NCBI GenBank assembly: GCA_963739235.1
Contig: CAVTZY010000024.1
Span: forward strand, 282,123 to 346,122
Source: Terriglobia bacterium
GTDB lineage: Bacteria > Acidobacteriota > UBA6911
Direction of reading: 5' to 3'
DNA length: 64,000 bases
Part shown: piece by piece, positions 20,995 to 30,891 of the stretch
Layout of the letters: every line of letters starts with the position of its first letter
Position numbering within the stretch: the stretch's first letter is position 1
Notes under the pieces: generated by a model
What the model saw: the letters and a program-made list of their open reading frames with translations, nothing else
What the model was told of the DNA's origin: nothing
The model's database searches: none
Translations under genes and position numbers: made by a program

Positions 20995-21909
20995 ATGAGT
21001 CATTTTCGGATACTTATGTGCTGTGCCGCGCTCCTCAACTCGATTTGCGGCTTCGCAAACCAGCCCATCCCGGGCAACCGCGCTGAAGATGAACGGATGC
21101 TCCGTGAGATGGAAATCGAGGCGTCGAGAGCACTGGCTGCAAAAGACCTGGGTCATTTGATCTCTTTATACGCTGATGATGCTTCGATTTTTTATGCAGA
21201 TAATCGTGCAGTAACCGGGAAGGCTGCGATCCGGGAGACATGGAGGACTATTCTCGTCAAGCCGGGCTTCGCAATGAGCACCGAGCCATTGAAAGTGGAG
21301 GTTTCAAACAGCGGCGATTTAGCATTCATCCATGGCGCTTATACAATCACAATGAATGATGCCATGGGCAAGCCAATAGCGGACAAGCGTGAGTATGTCC
21401 TAGTATATAAGAAACAGCCGGACGGCAAGTGGAAAGTCTTCGCTGACAGCGGCAATTCCGATTTTCGCGTCCATTCACTCCCCAAACCCCCGGACAGGCG
21501 GCAACAACCGGCCTCGATGATTGGACCACTTGTAGGATTAGCATGTTTTTTCAGCGGCATTTGGTTCCTGTTCGGGATGCCGGTTGTCGTGGCAGTTTTG
21601 GTGTGGAAATGCTGTCGAAACCGCAAATTTTCCGCGGGCCTTCTGGTCGCGGTCGTCATGCTCATCGTCTTCTGGGGCAGCGCCACACTGCTTTGGAGGC
21701 AATTTGCCACCCATTTATGGAATTTCTCTTTTATGACGGCGCTCCATGCGGCCGGAGATGCGGAGACGTATGGCCACCCGATCGAGCACACAGCCGAGGT
21801 CCTGCTGGCTAATCTCCTGATTTTCTCGACGCTTTCAGCGGCGGCGGCGGGAGCGATTACCGGTGCATTACGAAGCTTATGGATCAGGCACCGGCGTCTG
21901 GCCGTGTGA
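20995..21909 (+). CDS. Secreted/membrane protein with SnoaL-like (NTF2-like, DUF4440-type) domain followed by C-terminal transmembrane helices
   Basis: ORF track 20818..21909; likely start ATG 20995 preceded by AGGAGGA; signal-like MSHFRILMCCAALLNSICGFA; LISLYADDASIFYADNRAVTGKAAIRETW and KREYVLVYKKQPDGKWKVFAD typical of SnoaL-like fold. Confidence 0.5.
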   Translation: MSHFRILMCCAALLNSICGFANQPIPGNRAEDERMLREMEIEASRALAAKDLGHLISLYADDASIFYADNRAVTGKAAIRETWRTILVKPGFAMSTEPLKVEVSNSGDLAFIHGAYTITMNDAMGKPIADKREYVLVYKKQPDGKWKVFADSGNSDFRVHSLPKPPDRRQQPASMIGPLVGLACFFSGIWFLFGMPVVVAVLVWKCCRNRKFSAGLLVAVVMLIVFWGSATLLWRQFATHLWNFSFMTALHAAGDAETYGHPIEHTAEVLLANLLIFSTLSAAAAGAITGALRSLWIRHRRLAV

Positions 21910-22352
21910 GGCTGGTCGAATTCCGTATCCAAATCTCCGGGCTTTGGAAGCTTCGAGAAAACAAATTCAAAAGAGCTTCAAGTAGGCGGGAGCAAGGCAC
22001 CTTGTCCCGGGAGTTAGCGAACTTGTAGCTTGGATTTCCCTTCCTCACAAACAGGCACCTTCCCCAGATACGTCAGATCTCTATCGAAAGCGCCCCGGGC
22101 AAATATTCGCGCTCACTCGAAGTTTGTCTGCCGGGGCACTTCCGATAGAGATCTAACGTTTCTGGACCGCGATCCCTCTTGTCCGATTTGCCGACTCGGA
22201 AGCTGGGGCGCCCCGATGGGCAGGTTCAGATGTCAGAGAGACAAGTCATTTGGACTATCCGTCGAAAGGCAGGCAATGTAAAATATTTATTCCCAATAGT
22301 TTGTCTTGGCTAAAGTACCTGTCAGATCTACCGCCACCAAGAGGAGAAGAAA

Positions 22353-23085
22353 ATGAAAGAATCAAAAACAGTACAGACCATGAACACCTCAGATAGAACC
22401 ATCGGCGAGATCGTCGCCGACGATTACCGGACCGCCAAGGTCTTCGAAAACCACGGGATCGACTTCTGTTGCGGAGGCAATGTTGCCCTCGCGGCAACCT
22501 GCGCCCAGAAAGGGATCGATCTTGCCGCGATAACAGGGGAACTCGAGGGGGTGAAGAGTGAACCGGTCGAGCGGAGCCAGAATTATGTTTCGTGGGAGAT
22601 GCCGTTCCTGGCCGACTACATCATCAACGCCCACCATACCTATCTCAAAGAGAATACCGGGCAGATCGCTGCCTACACACATAAAATCGCTGCTGTCCAT
22701 GGTGCTCACCATCCAGAAGTGATCGAGATCGCCACGATCTTTGACAAGATTGCAGGCGATATGGCGATCCATCTACGGGAAGAGGAGGAGGTTTTCTTTC
22801 CGGCCATTAAACGGGCCGATGCGACCAGAAAGGCAGGCGCAGCACCGGCAGCCGAAAGACATCGAAACGATCAAGGAATCACTCAAGAAGCTCAGTCATG
22901 AGCACGAGGAGATTGGCGATGCGATTCACACGATCCGCCATCTCTCAAAGGAATATGCTATACCAGTTGATGTCTGCAATACCTTCGTGGTCACTTACCA
23001 GAAACTCAAGGAGTTCGAGGACGACCTCCACAAGCATGTGCACCTTGAAAATAACATCCTCTTCCTCAAGGCTGCACAGCTATAG
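22353..23085 (+). pseudogene. ric: Iron-sulfur cluster repair di-iron protein (RIC/YtfE/ScdA), interrupted by a frameshift near 22820..22850
   Basis: N-terminal ORF 22353..22901 has ScdA_N motif DFCCGG and hemerythrin-like HLREEEEVFFP; C-terminal part continues in another frame (22741..23085: ...YQKLKEFEDDLHKHVHLENNILF); together ~244 aa matching RIC length. Confidence 0.7.
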
Positions 23086-23229
23086 AAGGAGACATCGGGC
23101 AAACAAGTATATGACAAGCAAATAAAAGGAGACTGACAGTTCGCCCCGCGGCGCCATCGGCGTTATACCGCTGGTGATCGCAGCAGGATTGACGTACCTG
23201 GACATGAAGAAACTGAAAGGAGATCAACC

Positions 23230-23793
23230 ATGACGACCAATAGCCCAACGCAAATGCTTGAGGACGAACATCTCGTCATCGCCAAAGTGGTCGGCGCGGC
23301 TCCAGTGCTGGCCGACCGATTGGAGGCTGGCCAGGTGGTGGACGTGGAAACACTTTGGGGGGTGGTCGAATTCATGCGTACCTTCGCCGACAAATGCCAC
23401 CACGGCAAGGAAGAGGAACTGCTGTTTCCAGCTTTGGCCAATAAGGGCATCCCAATGCAAGGCTGCCCGGTGGGAGCGCTGACTGCCGAGCACACGCGTG
23501 GCCGGATGCTCGTGAAAGAATTAGCGGAAGCAGCAGAAGCCTACAAAAGCGGTGAGCCTGCTGCCAAGGGGGCAGTGGTCAAGAGTCTGAGAGGAATTGC
23601 CGCGCTGTATCCCAACCACATCTGGAAAGAGGATTACCTGCTGTTCCCGATGACCGAAAAAGTCCTGAGCATGGAGGAGCAGCAGAGTCTGTACCAGCAG
23701 TTCGAGCTAGTGGAGGAGCGAGTAGGCCGCGATGTGCATCACCGCCTGGAGCAATTCGCCGAGGGGCTTTCCGCGAGCACCCAGGCTGGATAG
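23230..23793 (+). CDS. Hemerythrin-like HHE cation-binding domain protein
   Basis: 187 aa; HHGKEEELLFPAL and EDYLLFPM motifs characteristic of hemerythrin-like domains. Confidence 0.7.
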   Translation: MTTNSPTQMLEDEHLVIAKVVGAAPVLADRLEAGQVVDVETLWGVVEFMRTFADKCHHGKEEELLFPALANKGIPMQGCPVGALTAEHTRGRMLVKELAEAAEAYKSGEPAAKGAVVKSLRGIAALYPNHIWKEDYLLFPMTEKVLSMEEQQSLYQQFELVEERVGRDVHHRLEQFAEGLSASTQAG

Positions 23794-23891
23794 ACGATTT
23801 GCTGTGGTCCAGCGCGTACCGGATAAGCATAGTTCTATAAGGCGGACTCATTGAGTTCATTCGCAATTACCACCAATAACGGAGAGATCCC

Positions 23892-24515
23892 ATGAAAAGC
23901 AGAAAGACCAGAACCTTGTTGAGCTTTGTGATCGGCATCGTCACAGTCCTGGCTTTCATTGACGGCCGGGTTTCTGCGCATTGCGACGGCATGGACGGTC
24001 CAGTGGTCAAAGCTGCGCAAAAGGCGTTGGCGGCCGGAAATGTCAACCTGGCTCTTATCTGGGTCCAGCAGAAGGACGAGGGGGAGGTGCGTAAGGCTTT
24101 CCAGAAGGCACTCGCAGTACGGCGTTTGAATCCGGAGGCCAGGGAGATGGCAGACATGTATTTCTTCGAGACCCTCGTGAGGCTTCATCGCGCAGGGGAA
24201 GGCGAGCCTTACACGGGGATCAAGCCCGCAGGGCGGGATCTCGGACCCGCAATACCGGCGGCGGATAAAGCAATCGAACAGAAGTCAGCGCAGCAGTTGC
24301 GAACCCTCCTGACAGGCACAATCCAGGATGGGCTGCAGGACCGATTCAAGAACGTGCTCGCCAAAAGCAGCTATTCCAGGGACGACGTGGCCGCCGGGCG
24401 TGAATTTGTGAAAGCGTACGTAGAGTTTATTCATTACGCCGAGCAGGTTTATCAGACCGGGAAAGGCAATCCATCTGACGCCCACCCGGGTGAAGGTCAC
24501 GCGGTATCCAAGTAG
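23892..24515 (+). CDS. Hypothetical secreted protein (signal peptide) within NO-stress cluster
   Basis: 207 aa; N-terminal LLSFVIGIVTVLAFIDGRVSA signal-like; no family recognised. Confidence 0.4.
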   Translation: MKSRKTRTLLSFVIGIVTVLAFIDGRVSAHCDGMDGPVVKAAQKALAAGNVNLALIWVQQKDEGEVRKAFQKALAVRRLNPEAREMADMYFFETLVRLHRAGEGEPYTGIKPAGRDLGPAIPAADKAIEQKSAQQLRTLLTGTIQDGLQDRFKNVLAKSSYSRDDVAAGREFVKAYVEFIHYAEQVYQTGKGNPSDAHPGEGHAVSK

Positions 24516-24698
24516 CGCATCACGCGAAGAAACTCGGGACGTCATGCAACTGCAGCACACTTGGTCGATTGGAAGAGGCAAACGGCGGGAATCTCGGCCG
24601 ACATCGAGTGCGTTGAAACCCAGGCCCATTCGGCAGCAAGAGTCTGGATCCGGGAAACCTGCATCGGGACACCGTATAGGAATTGAAGGGGGCATATC

Positions 24699-26987
24699 AT
24701 GATCGACACTTCTACAGACGTTTCGAGTCTCTCTCCGTGGTGGAAACACGCGGCGATCCTGGTGATGATTGCTGGTTTCTCGGTTCTATCCTTGGTTACG
24801 GTCCTGACCTACACAAACGCTCCACCCATCCCCGAGAGGGCTGCAGATGTAACGGGAACCGTGGTTTTTACTGGAGCTGACATTCAAAAAGGCCAGGAGG
24901 TCTTCCTCAAGTACGGTCTTATGGAGCACGGGAGCCTGTGGGGCCACGGGGCTTATCTGGGTCCTGATTACAGCGCGGAGTATCTGCACAGACTTAGCGA
25001 GGTGACCCGGGACGGGATGGCGATCGAGAAGTACGGCAAGCCGTTTGCGCAGCTCTCGCCGGACGAGCAGAGCGTCGCATCAGCGCGGACGGCAACGGTG
25101 CTCAAGGAGAACCGGTACGATGCAGCCTCGCGAACGCTCCGGCTCTCGTCAGGCGAGGTGGATGCCTACCGCACCCAGCTCTCCGAATGGGGCGAGTACT
25201 TCAGCAGGAAGGACGCCGCTCCCGGGCTGCCAGACAACTATATTCAGAACCCCGCGGAGATCAAAGCTCTGACCGCTTACTTCGCCTGGGCAGCCTGGGC
25301 CACAACGGCGAATCGCCCTGGGAAGAATTATTCGTACACCAACAACTGGCCCTACGAGCCCATCGCGGGAAACCGTCCTTCCACCGAGACCTATGTCTGG
25401 AGCGCCTTGAGTCTCATCACCCTCCTGTCAGGGCTGGGTTTGATCCTCTTCGTCGTCGGCAAGTTCGACTACCTGGGTTGGAAGGGCGAGGGCGGCGGCA
25501 CCCATATCATGCACTCTGCTCCCCCCGCTCTGAAGCTCACGCCCAGTCAGTGGGCTACGGGGGCGTTCTTCGGCATCGTGGCGCTCTTGTTCCTGGCGCA
25601 AGCATTCCTGGGAGGCGTGCTCGCCCACTACCGTGTGGAGCCAGGAGCCTTTTACGGGTTCGACATAGCCCGCGTGCTGCCCTACACCCTGGCGCGCACC
25701 TGGCACCTCCAACTCGCTATCTTCTGGATCGCGACGGCCTGGGTGGGCGGCGGCCTTTTCCTGGCTGCGTGGGTCGGTGGCGGGGAGCCCAAGGGCCAGA
25801 GGACCGGCGTTTACGCACTCCTCGGGGCGCTGGTGGTGGTCGTCGTCGGCAGCCTTGTCGGCGAGTCCCTCGGCATCAACGACAAGCTGGGACAGCTCTG
25901 GTTCTGGTTCGGCCACCAGGGTTCCGAGTACCTGGACCTCGGGCGGTTCTGGCAGTTCCTGCTGGCGGTCGGCCTCCTCTTCTGGCTGTTTCTGATGTTT
26001 CGGGCGCTGAAGCCTGCCATCAAGAGCCCTGGCATGCGCGCACTGTCCTCACTCTTTCTGTACGCGGCCGTGGCGATCCCTGTCTTCTACCTGCCCGCCC
26101 TTTTCTACGGCCCCCACACCAACTTCGCCGTTATCGACAACTGGCGCTTCTGGATCATTCACCTTTGGGTGGAAGGATTCTTCGAACTCTTCGCGACGGT
26201 GCTGGTGGCCATCATGTTCCACCAGATGGGCGTGGTCAGCACCAAGACCGCCACGCGCCTGATTTACCTGGACGCTATCCTGTATCTCAGCGGCGGGATC
26301 ATCGGCACGGGACACCATTGGTATTTCACGGGACAGGGAACGCTCAACATGGGCCTGGCGGCATGCTTCTCCGCTATGGAAGTTGTGCCTCTCACGCTTC
26401 TGACGCTGGACGCCTGGGACTTCATCAAGCTGAGGAAGGCGCAGTGTTCCACGTGCGGCCACGATCTTGCCTGGGGCCAGAAGTGGGCCATTTATTTCCT
26501 CATGGCCGTGGGTGTATGGAACTTCGTCGGCGCAGGCATCTTCGGTTTCCTGATCAACCTGCCGATCGTGTCCTACTTCGAGGTGGGCACGACACTCACC
26601 CCCAATCACGGCCACGCCGCACTATTTGGTGTCTTTGGGATGCTGGCCCTGGCGGTCCTGGTCTTCTGCTTGAGGGCTATGCAATCCGACACCGCTTGGA
26701 AGGGGACGGAGAAGTTCATCCGGGTGGGCTTCTGGGGTCTTAATGTGGGCCTCGCGCTCATGATCATCCTGGATCTGTTCCCCGGCGGAGTAATCCAGCT
26801 CTGGGATTCCATCGCCAATGGTTACTGGCACGCACGCCGCCTGACCTTCCTGATGAGCGGCACCTACCATAAGCTGGAATGGCTGCGCATGGTGGGGGAT
26901 ATGGTTTTCCTCTTGGCCGGCGCCTTGCCAATAGCGCTCGGCGCGTTGCGAAGTGTGTGGAAAAGGGATCTCTCTCCCATGGAATGA
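24699..26987 (+). CDS. norZ: Quinol-dependent nitric oxide reductase (qNOR), single-subunit haem-copper oxidase superfamily
   Basis: 762 aa with ~12 TM helices plus N-terminal extension; conserved His-containing helices (WHLQLAIFW, IIHLWVEGFFE, GHHWYFTGQ) of NorB/qNOR; length typical of qNOR. Confidence 0.9.
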   Translation: MIDTSTDVSSLSPWWKHAAILVMIAGFSVLSLVTVLTYTNAPPIPERAADVTGTVVFTGADIQKGQEVFLKYGLMEHGSLWGHGAYLGPDYSAEYLHRLSEVTRDGMAIEKYGKPFAQLSPDEQSVASARTATVLKENRYDAASRTLRLSSGEVDAYRTQLSEWGEYFSRKDAAPGLPDNYIQNPAEIKALTAYFAWAAWATTANRPGKNYSYTNNWPYEPIAGNRPSTETYVWSALSLITLLSGLGLILFVVGKFDYLGWKGEGGGTHIMHSAPPALKLTPSQWATGAFFGIVALLFLAQAFLGGVLAHYRVEPGAFYGFDIARVLPYTLARTWHLQLAIFWIATAWVGGGLFLAAWVGGGEPKGQRTGVYALLGALVVVVVGSLVGESLGINDKLGQLWFWFGHQGSEYLDLGRFWQFLLAVGLLFWLFLMFRALKPAIKSPGMRALSSLFLYAAVAIPVFYLPALFYGPHTNFAVIDNWRFWIIHLWVEGFFELFATVLVAIMFHQMGVVSTKTATRLIYLDAILYLSGGIIGTGHHWYFTGQGTLNMGLAACFSAMEVVPLTLLTLDAWDFIKLRKAQCSTCGHDLAWGQKWAIYFLMAVGVWNFVGAGIFGFLINLPIVSYFEVGTTLTPNHGHAALFGVFGMLALAVLVFCLRAMQSDTAWKGTEKFIRVGFWGLNVGLALMIILDLFPGGVIQLWDSIANGYWHARRLTFLMSGTYHKLEWLRMVGDMVFLLAGALPIALGALRSVWKRDLSPME

Positions 26988-27335
26988 GACAGAAACTCGA
27001 AATTACTCGCGATTTGAGGAACCTGTTTTCGGCGGAATTGCGAGGTTATGGGAATGTCCCCGAAACTTATTCTCCTTGAACAAGGCAAGACCCCATGACG
27101 GTCACCGGGATTCGACATAAAAATGTGGAGAATGTTTCGATCGTCCCCGGGTTCTGAGAGCTGCGCCAGATTAACCCATTACTTGCGTTCGTAGTAATTG
27201 GGCTCGCCGCAGATCCAGCCGGCTCCGTAAGCAGCCGGCTGCTCAAACACCGCGCAACCCGGATCGCCACACGGATCGCAGGGCGAGCCGGTCAGCGCCG
27301 TGCAAATGAGAGGCTCGAGCCCGCGTCCAGAGCTG

Positions 27336-27914
27336 TCAGTCTGCGCCATGTGTCTCCCCAGTCTCCCCCGGGTGGACCAGCGGCCCAGTGACGATGCCGG
27401 TGATAACCTCCTTCTCAGCTGGCCGGCTTTCGGCGATCATCAGAGTAATGGCCACCAGGGCACCCTCGGACAACCGGCGGTTTCCGTTCGGCAGGTAGAG
27501 CGCTCCATTTTTCTCGAGGAACCAGAGGAAGAGCGCCGCGCCGATGCGCTTGTTGCCGTCCACGAAGGGATGATTCTTGACCAGGAGGTAGAGCAGGTTT
27601 GCGGCCTTCGCCTCGACGCCGGGATAGGCATCCCTCCCGCCTATGCTTTGCATGATCGCGCCGAGGGAGCTCCTGAGGCCTTGATCCTTCTCCCGGCCGA
27701 AAATGGAGGAGCCGCCATACTTCTCACGCAGCCAATCCACGATCCGCAGGGCCTCATCGTATTCCAAGGCGGTAGCGGCACCCTCCCGCGTCTCCGGCGG
27801 AGCAAGGCGCTTGTGGTCGTAATCGTCCAGGATGTCCAGGGCGAAGGAGTAGTCGGCCACGACGCGCAGGAGAGCGCCGGCTTGATCCCCCCAGTTCACG
27901 CCGGGCCGCGACAT
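27336..27914 (-). CDS. Fic/Doc-family protein
   Basis: 192 aa; motif HPFVDGNKRIGAALFLWFL matches the Fic/Doc HPFx(D/E)GN(G/K)R active-site signature. Confidence 0.65.
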   Translation of the reverse strand: MSRPGVNWGDQAGALLRVVADYSFALDILDDYDHKRLAPPETREGAATALEYDEALRIVDWLREKYGGSSIFGREKDQGLRSSLGAIMQSIGGRDAYPGVEAKAANLLYLLVKNHPFVDGNKRIGAALFLWFLEKNGALYLPNGNRRLSEGALVAITLMIAESRPAEKEVITGIVTGPLVHPGETGETHGAD

Positions 27915-28132
27915 CGGCCACCAGGCGAATGGCTAGCTTCAATTCCCTCAGTCGCCTCTCATTGGCCGAGTAACCCTTGAGGATATTAGAAACCAGGGAC
28001 GCTACGCTATTTTGTCCATTTGAGAACATTACTTGTTCTTTCCACTTGTGCAAAATAGGGTGGCGTCCCTAGTTGCCCCTAGTTGCCCACGGCGCGTCCC
28101 CTGCAAACGTGGTTTAGCCTTTTTCATGATGA

Positions 28133-28807
28133 TCACCAAAGAGGTTTTCCGGTGACCTTCTTTGCGTGAGCATTGATTTGCCCACCCGTTTTGGAGACAA
28201 CCTTCTGAAGAAAGGCAACATGCTCCTTCACCCACTTTTCGTCAAGTTGTAAGCGGACTTTACCGCGGTGCGCGATTTGGCCACGAACTTCGACGAGGGC
28301 ATCCAGCTTTTTGGACGCGACCTCTGGCGTGAAGCCTTCGAACTCCCAGGAAGTTCGAATATCAGCGATGCCGAGCACTCTCCTCACGAACTCGGCCGTG
28401 TTCTGTGCCTTCGGCGTGTTGAAACTTCTTTCGCGCGCCAATCGCAAGCCCGGCAGTCTGTCCTTCAAGTACTGCCGCCATCCGCTGTCTGCAAGTTGCC
28501 ACATCCATATCTCATTCTTCTCCTCCTTTATCTCGTCGGCAACCTGTTTCTTGATCTCCTTCGGCAGTTTCGTGGCGTCGCTTGCGTGTTGGACAAGGTG
28601 GTCAAGTGCCTCAGAGCAGATGTCTTCAACATATGCCTCCCAATGACTCACCATTAGAACGACCGCCGAGCGGAAGACTACCCCATAACCTTCAGGAACT
28701 GATTCTCCATCCACTTCCCACAAGCCAACAACCGCTCGGTAGAGATCAATGAGGTTGTCGATGTCTTCAGCGTTCTGCTTGAATCGTTTCCAGGCGTTGC
28801 TAGGCAT
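28133..28807 (-). CDS. HEPN-like (Rx4H motif) protein, possible abortive-infection/RNase family; lower GC
   Basis: 224 aa; C-terminal RGQIAHRG fits the HEPN Rx4-6H motif; overall resembles MAE_28990/RiboL-PSP-type HEPN proteins; weak. Confidence 0.4.
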   Translation of the reverse strand: MPSNAWKRFKQNAEDIDNLIDLYRAVVGLWEVDGESVPEGYGVVFRSAVVLMVSHWEAYVEDICSEALDHLVQHASDATKLPKEIKKQVADEIKEEKNEIWMWQLADSGWRQYLKDRLPGLRLARERSFNTPKAQNTAEFVRRVLGIADIRTSWEFEGFTPEVASKKLDALVEVRGQIAHRGKVRLQLDEKWVKEHVAFLQKVVSKTGGQINAHAKKVTGKPLW

Positions 28808-29554
28808 TGCTTGACTGTCAACCTTGAATCATACAGGTCTGACGAAATAGATATGGGGCCAGGAAGTGGCGATGTATTTCGACAGCTTCCCGAGCCAGAT
28901 CGGCGTTAACCAATCGTTGTTCCGCAAGCTAGAGATGCCGCCGAATGGGCGGTGTAGCCAGATAGGCCGCGGGCCTGGCCCTGCCAATCGGATGATAGCG
29001 GCAATTCTTCACTCGCCCTCTCCTCACCATGCAGACCCCGCGGTGTTACGCGGCGGCTTATTCCAGGGCGATTGAGGCACGCTTGGCCAGGAAATTCCAG
29101 GCATGACGTAGCCGGCGGCAGACTTGCACACTGGCTCAAGTCCTATCCGTGCTTCATATGTCGCGCTGATGCGTCACGTTCATTTCAGAAGCGAATTCAC
29201 TCGATCTGCAAGAAGAGCATTGCCTTGCTCATCATTCCCGTGCCGCTGGAATCGCAGCGGCCGTCCTTTGTCTGATTCGTTCCCGATTCCGTTCCCGCTC
29301 GCTTGCACAGGGAACGGGAACGGAAGGAACGAAATCGTCCTGGCCGATTTCTGCGCGGCAAAAGCCTCCAGGGTAATTTTGTACTGGCATGAAAATTGCC
29401 GCTCCTCGATATTTCAATAGCTTACGAGACGGCGCAATCAGCCAGGACAATGCGGAATGCTGGGAATGGCTCTTGATGCACGCTATTCCAGGGAACCTGC
29501 CCGATCGTGCCGGGTTCCTCCTGAATTAATGCGCCGCGTAACACGATTACGACT

Positions 29555-29771
29555 AGGAGGTTTCCATTTTCGGCAACTGTTACAATCCATTTGTTTGGAT
29601 CGTCAAAATCGACCGATTGTAACAGAATTGTCACTACACGGGGTCAAAAAAGGGGCAAAATGGGGCAAAGTGAGATAAGAAGGGAATCGCGCTAAATTGC
29701 AGTCGGCGAAGGGATTTAATTGAATTCTAACGGTTTATCCAAAATCCCCGATTAGCGTTTCAAGACCGCCG
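29555..29771. repeat. Copy B (5'-truncated, more diverged) of the ~340-bp unit plus a 14-nt vestige of the tRNA-Ser 5' half (29758..29771)
   Basis: Aligns to 16136..16340 of copy A (ggcaactgttacaatccatttttttggatc...gcgtttcaagaccgcc) and then diverges. Confidence 0.65.
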
Positions 29772-30005
29772 TCTTTGTGACAGCTTTCAAGCAAGAGCGC
29801 ACGCAGCTTCCGTGTCAATGTACGGGTAATGCGTTATACGTCCGGAATGCCGATTTTTCGCCCATGTGGCTGGTCATTCATCAACTTCCCACAAAGCCGT
29901 TAACCGCCCGCGTGAACGTAATACGTCGCTTCGGCGAGGATCCTTTTCACAAAACAGCGAACCCGAAGTTCGGGGTTAGGACGCGTTTCAAAAAAAGTAA
30001 ACTGT

Positions 30006-30314
30006 TCAGTGTTTTCGCAGCTGGCGAGCCCATAACGCAAGCCAGAGGGCAATAAACGCAAGCAAGAGTAACCAGAGTTTAATAAGGGCCAACCCCCAGA
30101 ACCATACGTTTCTCACAGTGTCCCAACTGGCATTCGGTCCCCACAAGTACAATTCCAAGTTCGGACGCAAGGCCATGAAAACCAGATAGATGATCCACTG
30201 CACCAACAGGAATCCTAATCCAATCAAAAACGTCCACCACCCTGCTGCCGCGGCGCATCTGACTCGCAACTCAAATATATCGTTCAAGGCGGTCCCCTTT
30301 CTGAATCTACCCAA
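30006..30314 (-). CDS. Small hypothetical membrane protein (3 TM helices)
   Basis: 102-aa ORF with long hydrophobic stretches. Confidence 0.35.
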   Translation of the reverse strand: MGRFRKGTALNDIFELRVRCAAAAGWWTFLIGLGFLLVQWIIYLVFMALRPNLELYLWGPNASWDTVRNVWFWGLALIKLWLLLLAFIALWLALWARQLRKH

Positions 30315-30891
30315 GTATGTCTGTTTTGACGGGCATTTGGTTCACACTTCCTTTCTCAGGAGAGTGTGTCATGTGGCACGATTTTTCGAGATGTTCTTAT
30401 CTCATCGCCGATGGGCGCAAGACCAAAATTGGATTGTATGGAACCTCTTTAAAGGAATGCAGGCTCCATTCCCGATGCTTACCTCGGAAATCAAGGCATC
30501 CTGTGCAACCAGAATTCGTGCAATAATACTGCCGCTTTCCCATGTTTTGACAGCAATTTATAGAGAGAATCGATCTCAATTGCTTTAAAGTGGGGTACAC
30601 GGAAACTGATTTTTCTTGCACCGGCCACCGACCAGATACGAATTCTACCCAGATCTCTGCGTTTTTGTCATTGTACGAGATCGCCGTTCGCCCAGAATGG
30701 CCGGGTCAATCGCCGTCCGAATGCCAGGCCGTGGATAAAATAGACTTTTTCTTCCTTATCTGCATCTTAAGAGCACGCACGGTGACGTGTCTCCTGCGTT
30801 GTGCCACCGTACACGGGCGGAGCTGGATTAATTAGCTTCGAAAAATGATCCCTCTTGAGAATCATCCAACAGAGGCGTAGGAGAATAAACC

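Noticed and set aside
25187-26743. 518-aa plus-strand ORF in an alternate frame of norZ, and minus-strand ORFs at 25428..26615
   Set aside because: They overlap a confidently identified qNOR gene. The composition is Arg/Pro/Gly-rich, typical of GC-rich shadow frames.
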